A stretch of 64,000 nt of DNA from Terriglobia bacterium (GCA_965218055.1 CBDCKA010000002.1:931644-995643); one strand, 5' to 3'. Positions 39,738 through 50,914 are shown, numbered from the stretch's first letter. Numbers and translations are program-made. Notes: generated from the sequence alone by a model not told the origin.

Positions 39738-42065
39738 CTACGACGGCAAGCCCATGCGGCGCAGCAGATCCTGGAAGCGCGGGTCCGGACGCAGGCTATC
39801 AAACGCGGGTTCCGCATTCAGGAACGGCAGGTAGTCATTGCGGTCCTCATAAGCCTTTTCCAGCTGTTCGAGCGCCTGTTCCTTCTCGCCCAGACCCATA
39901 TAGATAATCGCCGTCAGGAACGGAGATGTATAGCGTTGCTTTGCATAGCCGTTCAGCTCGTCGAGTAACTTCAGCGCCTCATCTTTCCTGCCCGCCGCGG
40001 CATAGGCATATCCCAGCAACGCTACCACGGCCGCGCGATCTGCCGCGAAGGACACTGCCTTTTGTACCTCTTGAATGGCTTCTTCATGCATTCCCTGCTG
40101 GCCGTAAGCCAACGCGAGGTCGAAGTGCACCGGAGGGAAGTTCGGGTCCATCTCAACGGTTTTTCGGAGTTGCTCGATCGCTTTCTCGTACTGGCGCACC
40201 AGGTGAAGGACGCGTCCCACGCCGGAGTTGATGGTGAGCGAGAGCGGATCCAGCTCCAGGGCCCGATTGATCTCCTTCACGGCCTCCTTAGCGCGTCGCA
40301 TGACCGCCAGGTAGATGGCATACCACTGATGAGCCGTCGGATAATCGGGGTTGAGCTCAATGGCCCGCTTGAATTCCCGTTCGGCCTCTACCCAGTCCCA
40401 ATCCAGTCGGAACCGCACGAAGGCCAGGGAGGTGTGAGCTTCCGCGAGCGTGTCATCCATCTCCAGGGCCTTTAATGCCGCGGCCTTAGCTCTTTGCATG
40501 GCCTCCTTGCTAGCTAGTGGAGTGGTGGCGCCAGCACCCAGCAGGGAGTAGCAGTCGGCCAACCCGGCGTAGGCCAGCGCGTAGCTGGGATCTTTTTCGA
40601 TCGCCCGTTGGAAGTGTTCGAGACCTCTCTTCACACCCTCCTGGGTTCTCCTACTCCAGTAGTAGCGACCCTTCAGGTAATGCTGGTAGGCTTCGGTGTT
40701 CTGCGTGGGTCGTTTGGTCAGCCGCTTTTTCTGCTCGCCAGTCAACTGCAGGCGCAATTTCTCAGAGATTTCTTTCGCAATCTCCTCCTGCACGGCAAAG
40801 ATGTCGGACAGTTTTCGGTTGTATTGAGCGCCCCAGATCTGCGATTCGTTCGCTACGTCCACCAGTTCGGTTCGGATGATCAGGGTATCGCCGCGCTGAA
40901 GCACTCTGCCGGCGAGCACCGCGCGGGTATCGAGATCGCGGCCAACAGCTTGGGGGTCCACCTCCCGGCCTTTGTAGCGAAATACGGTGGGCCGCGGCAC
41001 CACGCGTAGTTTGGGTAGTTGCGAGAGACTATTGATGATGGCTTCCGTGATGCCATCACTGAGGTATTCCGTATCCGGATCGTCGCTCGCGTTCTGGAAA
41101 GGCAAGATCGCCAGAGAATTGATCGCCCGGCCGCGACGGCGGGGCCGGGCGCGTGCCGCGTGTGGGGCTCTGCTGGTCGTGGTCACCAGTCCCGACTCCG
41201 TATCGCGTTTCAAACGCTTCAGGTCGGCCAATAGATCCGAGGCGGTCTGGTACCGTAGCTTGCGGTCTTTTTCCAGCGCATTTTGGATGATCCGCTCCAG
41301 TTCTGGAGGCAGCCCGGGATTCAGGCGCATCACTGAGCTCGGCGCCCGGCTCAGAATCGCCTCCAGCAAGACCCCGGAAGTGTTGCCGGGAAAAGCCTGC
41401 CGACCCGTGGCCATCTCGTAGAGCACGGCGCCGAAGGAGAACAGATCGGTGCGGGCGTCGAGTTCCTCTGCCCGCGCCTGCTCCGGCGACATGTAGGCGA
41501 GCGTACCGATGGCCACCCCTGGCAGGGTGACCAGTTCATCAACTGAGGCTGTCGGGAGAGTTGCGAGTCCTGGTGGCTCCCCGTCCGGCCGTTGCGGCGC
41601 GAGCTTGGCCAGGCCGAAGTCCAGCACCTTGGCCTGGCCACGCCAGGTCACGAACAGATTCATCGGCTTGATGTCCCGATGCACGATTCCCCTGGAGTGC
41701 GCCGCGTCCAGTGCATCGACGATCTGGATGCCGAGCTCCAGCAGCTGCTCGGTCTCCATCGGCTTGCCCGCGATGCGTTGCTTCAACGTCTGGCCCTCCA
41801 GCAGCTCCATGACAATGAACTGCTGGCCTTCGTGCTCGCCAATGTCGTGGATGATGCAAATATTGGGATGATTCAGGGCGGAGGCTGCACGGGCCTCGCG
41901 CCCAAAGCGCTCCAGCGCCTGGGGGTCGCGGGAAAGCTCCTCGGGCAAGAACTTGAGGGCAACCATACGGCCCAGGCGCATATCCTCGGCCTTGTAGACC
42001 ACCCCCATGCCGCCGCCGCCGAGCTTTTCCAGAATCCGGTAGCGTGAGACCGTTCTGCTGTCCAT
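39738..42065 (-). CDS. Hanks-type Ser/Thr kinase with TolB-like and TPR domains
   Basis: [45 protein letters not shown]; then SLAILPFQN...YLSDGITE and TPRs. Confidence 0.93.
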   Translation of the reverse strand: MDSRTVSRYRILEKLGGGGMGVVYKAEDMRLGRMVALKFLPEELSRDPQALERFGREARAASALNHPNICIIHDIGEHEGQQFIVMELLEGQTLKQRIAGKPMETEQLLELGIQIVDALDAAHSRGIVHRDIKPMNLFVTWRGQAKVLDFGLAKLAPQRPDGEPPGLATLPTASVDELVTLPGVAIGTLAYMSPEQARAEELDARTDLFSFGAVLYEMATGRQAFPGNTSGVLLEAILSRAPSSVMRLNPGLPPELERIIQNALEKDRKLRYQTASDLLADLKRLKRDTESGLVTTTSRAPHAARARPRRRGRAINSLAILPFQNASDDPDTEYLSDGITEAIINSLSQLPKLRVVPRPTVFRYKGREVDPQAVGRDLDTRAVLAGRVLQRGDTLIIRTELVDVANESQIWGAQYNRKLSDIFAVQEEIAKEISEKLRLQLTGEQKKRLTKRPTQNTEAYQHYLKGRYYWSRRTQEGVKRGLEHFQRAIEKDPSYALAYAGLADCYSLLGAGATTPLASKEAMQRAKAAALKALEMDDTLAEAHTSLAFVRFRLDWDWVEAEREFKRAIELNPDYPTAHQWYAIYLAVMRRAKEAVKEINRALELDPLSLTINSGVGRVLHLVRQYEKAIEQLRKTVEMDPNFPPVHFDLALAYGQQGMHEEAIQEVQKAVSFAADRAAVVALLGYAYAAAGRKDEALKLLDELNGYAKQRYTSPFLTAIIYMGLGEKEQALEQLEKAYEDRNDYLPFLNAEPAFDSLRPDPRFQDLLRRMGLPS

Positions 42066-42267
42066 CGGGAAAGGACTGGCCCTTGGCCGGCCATCTTAGC
42101 CCCCGGCCGCGCGCAAGTCAACGTGCGGCGCGCTTAGCCCACGGTAGTGGAACGGGCCCTCGCACAGAGGTCCGCAATGACCTACCGTTACGCCAGAAAC
42201 AGGGTGGCAGGGTACCCGCGAACGTCCTGGCTTCGAGCATCTCGCACCCGCATGGTAGAATTGAAGA

Positions 42268-42606
42268 ATGCCGCTGTATGAATATGAATGCCAGCAGTGC
42301 AAGCGGCGCTTTGAGCTGATGCAAAAGTTCAGCGACACGCCGGCTGAGACCTGCCGGTCTTGCGGTGGCCCGGTCACCCGCCTGATCTCCGCGCCTGCCT
42401 TCCAGTTCAAAGGCACCGGGTGGTACGTCACCGATTACGCCCGCAAGTCGAGCGGAAAGGAGGCCTCCTCCTCGGGCGACGGCGACGTAAAGAAGGGCAC
42501 GGAGAGCAAGGACGACAAGAGCAAAAAGAGCGAGGCCGCGGACAGCAAAACGACCCCTAAATCGGAGAGCAAAACGAAGGACTCTTCAGGATCTCCTCCT
42601 AGTTAG
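42268..42606 (+). CDS. FmdB-family zinc-ribbon protein
   Basis: MPLYEYECQQC...CRSCGG...FQFKGTGWYVTDY with a Ser/Lys-rich tail. Confidence 0.9.
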   Translation: MPLYEYECQQCKRRFELMQKFSDTPAETCRSCGGPVTRLISAPAFQFKGTGWYVTDYARKSSGKEASSSGDGDVKKGTESKDDKSKKSEAADSKTTPKSESKTKDSSGSPPS

Positions 42607-42717
42607 CGTAGGGCTAGGTTCGCGAAGACCCAGCGCTAGGAGCAAGAGCCACTCTCGAACGACCTACAACCAAATGGCTCCCCGCCTGAGTCCCCAGCCC
42701 TGCTGCATCTGCCACGA

Positions 42718-43539
42718 ATGAGAAACAGGAAGTCCAAGACAGCGGCTGCCGCATTGCTCGGGCTGCTTATTTGCGCTTCAGGAGCTGTAGCAGCACGTGG
42801 CTTCTCGCCAGAGGAACTTGTCAAACAGGCTGACGAGATCGTCGCAGTGGAGATTGTTTCAACCGATTACACTGCAACGGCGGCGGATGGTCCTATGTAC
42901 GCCGAGGCCAAGGTGCTCAAGTCTGTGAAAGGGAACCTCAACCTCGGAAGGGTCATCCGCTTTGGAGCGAGCGCGTGGGTGGGGCCTTCCTCTCGGGCGG
43001 GCGAGCGCAGAATTGTCCTGCTGCGGCGACTGCCCGCCCGACACGAATATTTCCAGAGAGCTCGCTGGAGTAGTCTTGACGCGGGCAAATTGAATCTCTT
43101 TATCGAGGAACGCACCCTGGACAGCTTCTCCCTGTCATCGTTTTCGAACTTTCTTCACCGACTTAGCGAGGCGAGCAGGACAGGGCCGGCGATCAAGTGG
43201 ATAAGAATTGGCACGATGGCAGCCCTGACTCTTTCGGTCATCCTGCACAACGACAGCGATCAGACCTTGTGGCTGAACCGTTCTGACTTGCGGGTCAGTT
43301 TTCAGATGAGCGAAGTGAGACACCCGGGTGCAATCGAGTGGAATGTCGCCAGTGCAGGTCAGTGGATTGCCTTCCGTCCTGGTTCAACGCTTTCCGGTAT
43401 GGTCCGGATAAGGTCCAAGGATTTGGCAGGGCAAAGTGAAGGAACCGTCAGTCTTGAACACTGGAGCGCGCTGTTCCCACATGTCTCATGGGTGGGTGTT
43501 CAATCCGCCAAGGTACCATGGATTCCGGCTGGAACGTAG
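42718..43539 (+). CDS. Hypothetical secreted protein
   Basis: Signal peptide MRNRKSKTAAAALLGLLICASGAVAA; 273-aa ORF with no recognised family. Confidence 0.6.
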   Translation: MRNRKSKTAAAALLGLLICASGAVAARGFSPEELVKQADEIVAVEIVSTDYTATAADGPMYAEAKVLKSVKGNLNLGRVIRFGASAWVGPSSRAGERRIVLLRRLPARHEYFQRARWSSLDAGKLNLFIEERTLDSFSLSSFSNFLHRLSEASRTGPAIKWIRIGTMAALTLSVILHNDSDQTLWLNRSDLRVSFQMSEVRHPGAIEWNVASAGQWIAFRPGSTLSGMVRIRSKDLAGQSEGTVSLEHWSALFPHVSWVGVQSAKVPWIPAGT

Positions 43540-43540
43540 C

Positions 43541-44500
43541 TTAGGCTGGTTCTCGTAGCTGTTCGACGATCTCCTTCGCTGCCTGGCGCGCGCGCTCCAG
43601 AGCGCCCGGCTCGAAGCTGATGGCTCCCACCCGGGCATGGCCGCCGCCTCCGTAGCGTTCGCAGATCGTTGCCAGGTTGTGCATTCGTTGCGGGGTGTTC
43701 CAGGGATTCGAACCTACCGAGATTTTGGTGCGGAACGAGGAGGGGCTGATGCTGACGCTGTAGACCGACTCGGGGAACAGGTGGTAGGGAATAAACTTGC
43801 TGTAGCCTTCGATCTCCAGGCCGCTGAGATCGAAAAAGACCACCCCTCGGTCGCAACCGGCGCGCTGCCGGATCACGTCAACCGAGTCCAGGTGCCGGCG
43901 GTAGAGCGGCTGGAACAGCTCGGCGATCCCCCGGTCCTGCACGATGTCGCGCAAGCTGTGGGAGTTCATCATGGAGATCAGGCGGGAGGGCAGCGTGCGG
44001 TCTGGGCTGTTCTCGATAACCAACGACAACTGGGTGGCCGGCGCCTCCAGCTTCACAGCTGTGGCAGCATCCGAATATTGTGCTCCGTCAATGATGTCGG
44101 CCCACTGGATCAGTTCAGCCAGCTCAGGCGCCTCGAACCCGAACCGCTCCTGCGTCACCGTGGCAATAAACTTGGTGCACGACTTGTAGTTGGGGTCATA
44201 GAACTTCTTTCCGCTGCGGTCCTGCTGGAAATGGTGAGCGTCCTCGGGAGTCAGAAAAGCGCTTTGATGGTGGTCAAACCACCAGGTGAGCCGGGGTGAG
44301 CTGCAATACTTGAAGTCCACGATGGCGTTCTCGTCCCCATCAAACTCTGCCTCGTCGAATAGCTGCGAGGGCCGGTGGACTAAGCCCGTATAAATGAATT
44401 CTGCGTCGCGGTGAATCTTGGTGGCGTAGAAGCGACTGAACACAGCGGCGGATGCCGCTCCGTCGAAACAGTGATCGTGGAAGAAAACCCGCAGCCTCAT
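43541..44500 (-). CDS. DHH/DHHA1-family phosphoesterase
   Basis: FHDHCFDGAASAA, IVDF, FDHH and C-terminal GGGH motifs. Confidence 0.85.
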   Translation of the reverse strand: MRLRVFFHDHCFDGAASAAVFSRFYATKIHRDAEFIYTGLVHRPSQLFDEAEFDGDENAIVDFKYCSSPRLTWWFDHHQSAFLTPEDAHHFQQDRSGKKFYDPNYKSCTKFIATVTQERFGFEAPELAELIQWADIIDGAQYSDAATAVKLEAPATQLSLVIENSPDRTLPSRLISMMNSHSLRDIVQDRGIAELFQPLYRRHLDSVDVIRQRAGCDRGVVFFDLSGLEIEGYSKFIPYHLFPESVYSVSISPSSFRTKISVGSNPWNTPQRMHNLATICERYGGGGHARVGAISFEPGALERARQAAKEIVEQLREPA

Positions 44501-44644
44501 GTCCGATAGGGGTTTAGGCTGAACCCAAAGCCGGCGGGCGGCCCACCCAGGATAAGAGCCACATACTCATAGCTGATTCCAGGCTGGCGTGCAAGCGGAA
44601 AACAGGCCTGGCGGCGAGGAGTGTGACAGGGATGTTCTAGCGCC

Positions 44645-45190
44645 TCAGACTTGCTTTTCGGCCAGATCACCGATCACGGGAAGCTTCCACTTCTTGTTTT
44701 GATAGGCCTGGACCATCAGCACCACCCACAGGACCATGAGGCCCAGTGCGACAAACGGTGACAGAATCCATCCCACCCAGGGAATCATGGCCACCGCAAT
44801 GCTCACGACCATGGCCCCCACGCAGAAGAAGATGGCTTGGAAGGCATGGAAGCGGACGAAGGGGTCCCGGTTGTACGGTTCAAGGACCAGGAACAGGATT
44901 CCGGTGATCAGTGTCAACACGTAACACAACATTCCAGCTATGTTGCTAGTCATTTGGCCGCTGCCCGCGCTTGGTTGTGCTGCCGCCTGGGGAGTGGCAC
45001 CCGCGCCTGGTTGCGCTGCCGGCTGGGGAGTGCTGACTGTGCCCGGTTGCGCTGCCGGCTGGGGGGTGCTGGCCGTGCCCGGTTGGGCTGCCGGCTGGGC
45101 AGCGCTGGGCGCGCTCACCTGCTGCCCGCACTTCGCACAAAAGCCCGTGCCCGCGGGAACCTCGGTTCCACAATTGTTGCAAAATGCCAT
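44645..45190 (-). CDS. Zinc-ribbon + DUF4870-like membrane protein
   Basis: FCNNCG...FCAKCG, QPAAQPG repeats, then NIAGMLCY...FVRFHAFQAI...WKLPVIGDLAE. Confidence 0.8.
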   Translation of the reverse strand: MAFCNNCGTEVPAGTGFCAKCGQQVSAPSAAQPAAQPGTASTPQPAAQPGTVSTPQPAAQPGAGATPQAAAQPSAGSGQMTSNIAGMLCYVLTLITGILFLVLEPYNRDPFVRFHAFQAIFFCVGAMVVSIAVAMIPWVGWILSPFVALGLMVLWVVLMVQAYQNKKWKLPVIGDLAEKQV

Positions 45191-45595
45191 GACGTCCTCC
45201 TCGCTCCTCCCGCCCTACGGTTCCAACCAGATCTGCTGCTGGAGCAGAGCCTAGCACAGAAGCGCGCAGACAGAAATTAAAACCGCAACGCGGTTCGCTG
45301 GGGCACTGCAGTGCGCCGGCTCGGGGGTCGGGGAAGGGTGGAGTGGGGCTGGAAATATCGCCAACGAAGTTGCCGCCTAGTACTACAAGGACTTTCGGGC
45401 TATTGCGTTGAGCGCGCCAAAGCCGTTATGCTGAGCTCTGCCTAAGCTCCCCGCGAGAGGGCATTTGGGTGGCAGCGGTTGGAGCTTTGGAGTTCGGGTT
45501 TCCCCTGGGAGGTATGACGAGGGAGGGCTGGCCGCCAGCGGGCGCTCAAAAACAGCTTCCGCCGGACTAGGCGGATTCCCCCTCGGGAGGAGAGG

Positions 45596-45928
45596 ATGGA
45601 CAAGAGGCGAGCAAACCGATATTCATTCCGAATGAAAGCCCAGGTTGACTCGGTGGGCACCGGCGAGCTGAACGAGCCAATTGACACCTGGACACGCGAT
45701 GTCAGCTCCAAAGGACTCTTTCTGGAGCTGGACCAACCGCTGAACGAGGGAACGCGGGTGCAACTGACCCTGCAATTGCCCTCTGAGGTCACCGGCAAGC
45801 CGGTGCTCCTGCGTTGCCTTTCCCGGGTGGTGCGAGTGGTCCATGAGGGGGAGCAAAGGATCGGCGTGGGTGCGATCATCGAGAATTACGAATTCGTCCG
45901 GACTGCGGAAGAAGGCACACCCGCCTAG
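45596..45928 (+). CDS. Stand-alone PilZ-domain protein
   Basis: GGAGAGG SD; KRRANR (RxxxR) and DVSSKG (DxSxxG). Confidence 0.85.
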   Translation: MDKRRANRYSFRMKAQVDSVGTGELNEPIDTWTRDVSSKGLFLELDQPLNEGTRVQLTLQLPSEVTGKPVLLRCLSRVVRVVHEGEQRIGVGAIIENYEFVRTAEEGTPA

Positions 45929-46111
45929 TCGGCACCCGCTGGTAACCCGCACGGACGCTTGCCGCACAATCCCGTCCGTCGAGTGAAGCCCTGTCAGCAA
46001 TTGTCACCGTTGTTCAAAAGTCTTGGTCCGGCGCACGCGCTCTCTTCCCGGCGAGCAGTTTCTCTGGTCTTTCCGTGGGGATTAGCTGCTTGCTGGGAAG
46101 TAGTTTGCTAG

Positions 46112-47050
46112 CTATTTCGGGGCTTTACCTGAGTTCGATTCCCCCATCCCCAGCTGAACGCTGTTTCCGTCTGCTTGCTGCGCTTTCTCCAGCGCTCTCA
46201 TGGCCATCCCGGTGAGAGCCCCGACGGAAATGAAGATTTTCGTGTGGGAGACGCCGATGCCGACGGTGACGGAAAGTTGCTTCCCGCCAAAGGCGAAGGA
46301 GTAGTTTTCCACCGCCTGCCGCACCTTCTCCGCGGCCGCCAGCACGGTGCTTTTCTCGGTCTCCGGGAGGGCCTTGATGAACTCATTGCCGCCATAGCGG
46401 CCCAGCTTGTCGGTGCCGCGGGTGGTGCGCGCAAGCAGCTGGGCGACTTCGGAGACGACGTAATCGGCGCACTGCGGCCCGCGCTCTCGCCGCAGTTCGT
46501 CAAAATGGTCAATGGCAATCAACATGCACCCGATCGGGCGCCGGTAGCGCTTGGTTCGCAGGAACTCCTGCGACAGCCAGTCGAAGAAGTGGCGCCGATT
46601 GCTCAACCCGGTCAGGGTGTCGGTATTGCTCATCTGCTCCAGGCCGTGGGCCAGTTGCTTGAGGTTGTAAGCCAGCCGCCGCTTTTCCACCGCTCGATCC
46701 ACCGAAGCCAGCAAGTCCTGAATATTGCGCATGGGTTTCATCAGGAAATCATGGGCACCCATGCGTAGCGCGGCCAGCGCCGTTTCAAAGCGTTCCTTCT
46801 CGGCACCGGCCAAGATGAGCACCTGGATGGTTTCATCATGGGCCTTGATGCGCTCCAGCACCTTCAGCCCACTGATGCGCTCCAGCTTGACGTCCAAAAT
46901 GGCGGCATCAAAGCTGGTTTCATGTAGCCATTGCAACGCCTCCAGGGGGTCGGTGGTGGTGAAGGTCTGGTAGCCGCTCTTGCGCAGGGCCTTCTCGAGC
47001 ACCCGAAGGATCAGTTCGTCGTCGTCCACCACCAGGATATTTGCGGGCAT
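46112..47050 (-). CDS. Response regulator with degenerate GGDEF domain
   Basis: REC domain (ILVVDDD, ILDV, DFLMKP); DTLTGLSNRR; GGNEF in place of GG(D/E)EF; RGTD I-site. Confidence 0.88.
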   Translation of the reverse strand: MPANILVVDDDELILRVLEKALRKSGYQTFTTTDPLEALQWLHETSFDAAILDVKLERISGLKVLERIKAHDETIQVLILAGAEKERFETALAALRMGAHDFLMKPMRNIQDLLASVDRAVEKRRLAYNLKQLAHGLEQMSNTDTLTGLSNRRHFFDWLSQEFLRTKRYRRPIGCMLIAIDHFDELRRERGPQCADYVVSEVAQLLARTTRGTDKLGRYGGNEFIKALPETEKSTVLAAAEKVRQAVENYSFAFGGKQLSVTVGIGVSHTKIFISVGALTGMAMRALEKAQQADGNSVQLGMGESNSGKAPK

Positions 47051-47177
47051 CGGTGGCTCCTTGACTGCAGGGTCTCCGGGAAACCGAGATGGTATGCGGA
47101 AACGGGCAGTGAGTCAAATACCCGTCCCACCGGCCCTTGCGGTCGACATGACGGGTGCCCGGCGCAAGGCCAGGACG

Positions 47178-47567
47178 CTACTTCCTGGTGGGGATTAGCT
47201 TGGAAGGGCTGACCCGCACCAGGGCCTTGTGGAGGCGTTGCTCGTTCTCGGCGCTGCGGTTGAGCCATTCGCGGCGGACAAACTCGACGAACTCCTGGGT
47301 CTGTCGCTGCATCTCCAGCATCTTCTCCCGCATGTCCAGGACGATCTCCACCCCGGCCAAATTCACCCCCAGGTCGCGGGTCAGTGCGAGGACGGTTTCC
47401 AGACGCTCCAGGTCCTCATCCGTGTACAGGCGGGTGTTGCCCTCCGTGCGGGAAGGCTTCAAGAGCCCCTCGCGCTCGTACAGACGCAGGGTCTGCGGGT
47501 GGATGTCGTACTGCTTGGCTACTGCCGAAATCATGAAGGCCGCTCGGTCGCGTCGGGCTCGGGGCAT
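47178..47567 (-). CDS. hspR: MerR-family heat-shock repressor HspR
   Basis: ISAVAKQYDIHPQTLRLYEREGLLKPSRTEGNTRLY...LGVNLAGVEIVL; directly after dnaJ. Confidence 0.88.
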   Translation of the reverse strand: MPRARRDRAAFMISAVAKQYDIHPQTLRLYEREGLLKPSRTEGNTRLYTDEDLERLETVLALTRDLGVNLAGVEIVLDMREKMLEMQRQTQEFVEFVRREWLNRSAENEQRLHKALVRVSPSKLIPTRK

Positions 47568-47570
47568 GGC

Positions 47571-48755
47571 CTATTCCTTGATGAAGAGGGCGGCGCGCGG
47601 ATCTTCCGGATTCAACCGGGACAGTTCGCGCAGAATCTCCTTGGAGCGCTCGTCGCGGATGCGCGGGACCTGGACTCGCACTTCCACGTACTGATCGCCG
47701 CGGCGTCGGGTGCGCGCCGACAGCACACCGCGCTCGCGGAGGCGGAACCTCTGACCGTTCTGGGTGCCAGGCGCGACCCGCCACAGCGCCCGGCCTTCAA
47801 TGGTGGGCACTTCGATCTTCGCGCCCAGCGCCGCCTCGCTGACCGTGATGGGAACTGTGATGTGGATGTCGTCCCCCTCGCGGCGAAAGTAGGAATGTGG
47901 GTCGATGCGCACCACGATGAACAAATCGCCCGGTGGCCCGCCGCCGACACCGGCATTGCCTTTGGCGGCGATGCGCAGTCGGCTGCCGCCCTGGGCACCG
48001 GCCGGGATGCGCACCTCCAGCGATTCGGATCGGGGGCTGCGGCCCTCCCCATGACAGCCCGGGCAGATCTTTGGCAGTCTGCCCGTTCCGCGGCAGCGAG
48101 AACAGCTCACCTGAAAGCGCATGGCACCGGCGGCCTGGGTGAGCTGCCCGCTCCCCCCGCATTCGGGGCAGATGGCAGCCGCAGTGCTCCCGCCGGCGGT
48201 CCCGCTGCCGCCACAGGCCCGGCAGGTCTGGTGGCGAGGCACGTGCAGCCGGGTCACGGTGCCGCGGATAGCCTCCCAGAAACCCACCCGAACCTCGTAT
48301 TCCAGGTCTTCCCCGCGAACCGAGGCGGGTTCCGAAGCCCCCGTGGCGTGCGGCGAGAAGAACTGCGAGAACAGATCGCGCAGCCCTTCGCCGAAGCCTG
48401 CCTTGCCAGCGGACCGTCCCCCACGCGACGCGCCACCCGCGAAGTTGGAAAAATCAAAACCGGAGAAATCGAAGTTGGGCGGCGCTTGTCCCGGACGGGA
48501 ACCCCGGCGGGGCGGCATGCCCTGCTCGGAATAGAAGCCGAGCTGATCGTACATTTGCCGCTTCTTGGGGTCGCTCAGCACATCGTAGGCTTCCTGGATA
48601 CGTTTGAAGCGCTCCTCGGCCACCTTGTCTCCAGGGTTCAGATCAGGGTGGTGTTTCCGGGCCAACCGCTTGAAAGCCTTGCGAATCTCCTTCGCGCCGG
48701 CTTTCCGCTCAACGCTGAGCGTCTCGTAGTAATCCCGTTTAGTTGCGGTAGCCAT
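47571..48755 (-). CDS. dnaJ: Molecular chaperone DnaJ
   Basis: DYYETL, HPD, G/F region, four CxxCxGxG zinc-finger repeats, GDLF, GDQYV. Confidence 0.95.
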   Translation of the reverse strand: MATATKRDYYETLSVERKAGAKEIRKAFKRLARKHHPDLNPGDKVAEERFKRIQEAYDVLSDPKKRQMYDQLGFYSEQGMPPRRGSRPGQAPPNFDFSGFDFSNFAGGASRGGRSAGKAGFGEGLRDLFSQFFSPHATGASEPASVRGEDLEYEVRVGFWEAIRGTVTRLHVPRHQTCRACGGSGTAGGSTAAAICPECGGSGQLTQAAGAMRFQVSCSRCRGTGRLPKICPGCHGEGRSPRSESLEVRIPAGAQGGSRLRIAAKGNAGVGGGPPGDLFIVVRIDPHSYFRREGDDIHITVPITVSEAALGAKIEVPTIEGRALWRVAPGTQNGQRFRLRERGVLSARTRRRGDQYVEVRVQVPRIRDERSKEILRELSRLNPEDPRAALFIKE

Positions 48756-48891
48756 TTCCAACAAACTGTCATTGGCCCGGTGGAACCAGTGCGGGCGCCG
48801 CGCTTGGCACTGCCTCCACGCTAAGCCACTCCATGATCCCCGTCACCGGTAAAAACTTTTCACCAAACACCCGGAAGCTGACACTTGACGC

Positions 48892-50808
48892 CTATTTTTT
48901 CTCATCGTTTTCTACGTCTACAAACTCGGCGTCAATGACTTCGCCGTCCTTTTTCTTGTCTTCGTCCGCGGCCTTTTCCTCGGCGCCGCCCGCCGCGGTT
49001 TCGGCCGATGCTTGCTGCTTGTACAAGGCTTCCGCCAGCTTGTGGGTAGCGGTTGTCAGTCCGTCCACGGCGCGCTGGATATCGTCCGCGCTGCCGGATT
49101 CCATGACCTTCTTGGTCTCAGCCAGCGCGGCCTCAATGTTGCGGACGTCGTCTTCGCTGATCTTGTCGGTGTGCTCCTTCATCAGCTTTTCGGTGGAATA
49201 GATGAGCGCGTCGGCCCGGTTGCGCGCTTCGACCTCCTCGCGGCGGCTCGTGTCTTCGGCGGCATGCGCCTCGGCGTCGCGCGCCATCTTGGCGACTTCG
49301 TCCTTGCTCAAGCCGCTCGAGGAGGTGATGGTGATCTTCTGCTCCTTGCCCGTGCCCAGGTCTTTGGCCTGCACGTTGAGAATGCCGTTGGCGTCAATAT
49401 CGAAGGTGACCTCGACTTGCGGAATGCCGCGCGGCGCCGGTGGAATCCCCACTAGCTGGAATACGCCTAGCAGCCGGTTGTCGCGGGCCATGCCTCGCTC
49501 GCCCTGGTGGACGCGAATTTCCACTGAATTTTGGTTGTCCGAGGCGGTGGAGAAGATTTCGGCCCTGCGGGTGGGGATGGTGGTGTTGCGCTCAATCATC
49601 TTGGTCATGACCCCGCCCAGCGTCTCGACGCCCAACGTCAGTGGCGTCACGTCGAGCAACAGCACGTCTTTCACCTCGCCGCCCAGCACGCCTCCCTGTA
49701 CGGCGGCTCCCACCGCGACGACTTCATCCGCATTGACGCCTTTGTGTGGCTCCCGTCCGAAAACATCCTTCACCAGCTGCCGGATGCGGGGCATGCGGGT
49801 CTGGCCCCCCACCAGCACCACCTGGTCGATCTTGTCGGGCGTCAGGTCGGCATCCTGCAACGCGATCTTGCAAGGCTCCACCGAGCGCGCGACCAGCGGC
49901 TCGACCATCTGCTCCAGCCGCGCCCGGGTCAGTTTCAGCACCAGGTGCTTTGGCCCGCTGGCATCAGCGGTGATGAAGGGCAGGTTGATCTCGGTTTCCA
50001 GCACTGAACTCAGCTCGACCTTGCCCTTCTCGGCCGCCTCCTTCAGCCGCTGCAGAGCCATCTTGTCCTTGGACAGGTCAATTCCCTGGTCCCGGCGAAA
50101 CTCATCGACGATCCAGTCAATAACCACCTGGTCAATATTGTCGCCACCCAGGTGCGTGTCGCCGTTGGTGGACTTCACTTCCACCACACCTTCGCCCACC
50201 TCCAGGATGGAAATGTCGAAGGTGCCCCCGCCAAAATCGTAGACGGCGATGATCTGGTCCTTCTTTTTATCCAGCCCGTAGGCCAAGGCGGCCGCCGTTG
50301 GCTCGTTGATGATGCGCTTCACGTTGAGGCCCGCAATCTGGCCCGCATCTTTGGTGGCCTGACGTTGCGAGTCGTTGAAGTAGGCGGGAACGGTGATGAC
50401 TGCGTCGGTCACCTTCTCGCCCAGATGAGCCTCGGCGGCCTCCTTCAGTTTGCGCAAAATCATGGCCGAGATTTCCGGCGGGGTCCATTTCTTGCTGCTG
50501 GCCGAAACGACGGCGGCGCCGTTTGGGTCCTGCTCCACTTTGTAAGGGACCATCTTCATTTCTTCGTTTACCTCTTCGTAGCGGCGGCCCATGAAGCGCT
50601 TGATGGAATAGACCGTGTTCTCCGGATTGGTAATGGATTGCCGCTTAGCCACCTGACCCGCCAACTGTTCTCCTGTCTTGGCGAAAGCCACTACCGAAGG
50701 GGTTGTGCGGGCTCCCTCCTGGTTAGCAATCACATCCGGTTCGCCACCTTCTGTAACCGCCACTGCCGAGTTCGTCGTACCCAAGTCAATTCCGATGATC
50801 TTGCTCAT
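48892..50808 (-). CDS. dnaK: Molecular chaperone DnaK
   Basis: [60 protein letters not shown]. Confidence 0.98.
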   Translation of the reverse strand: MSKIIGIDLGTTNSAVAVTEGGEPDVIANQEGARTTPSVVAFAKTGEQLAGQVAKRQSITNPENTVYSIKRFMGRRYEEVNEEMKMVPYKVEQDPNGAAVVSASSKKWTPPEISAMILRKLKEAAEAHLGEKVTDAVITVPAYFNDSQRQATKDAGQIAGLNVKRIINEPTAAALAYGLDKKKDQIIAVYDFGGGTFDISILEVGEGVVEVKSTNGDTHLGGDNIDQVVIDWIVDEFRRDQGIDLSKDKMALQRLKEAAEKGKVELSSVLETEINLPFITADASGPKHLVLKLTRARLEQMVEPLVARSVEPCKIALQDADLTPDKIDQVVLVGGQTRMPRIRQLVKDVFGREPHKGVNADEVVAVGAAVQGGVLGGEVKDVLLLDVTPLTLGVETLGGVMTKMIERNTTIPTRRAEIFSTASDNQNSVEIRVHQGERGMARDNRLLGVFQLVGIPPAPRGIPQVEVTFDIDANGILNVQAKDLGTGKEQKITITSSSGLSKDEVAKMARDAEAHAAEDTSRREEVEARNRADALIYSTEKLMKEHTDKISEDDVRNIEAALAETKKVMESGSADDIQRAVDGLTTATHKLAEALYKQQASAETAAGGAEEKAADEDKKKDGEVIDAEFVDVENDEKK

Positions 50809-50884
50809 TAATTTCTCCTGTGTTTCAAGTCTAACCTCGATGCTGGCCGCGAAGCAGAACCGAGAGGTTGCTTAGCAATATCGT

Positions 50885-50913
50885 AGTATAATATATGAGT
50901 AAGGCTCTGTCAA
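50885..50913 (-). promoter_or_regulatory. sigma70 promoter for dnaK-dnaJ-hspR
   Basis: Minus strand TTGACA-17 nt-TATACT. Confidence 0.75.
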
Positions 50914-50914
50914 G
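50894..50914. promoter_or_regulatory. HAIR-like HspR operator overlapping the -35 element
   Basis: Minus strand CTTGACA-N7-ACTCATA versus the HAIR consensus CTTGAGT-N7-ACTCAAG (5/7 per half site). Confidence 0.5.
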
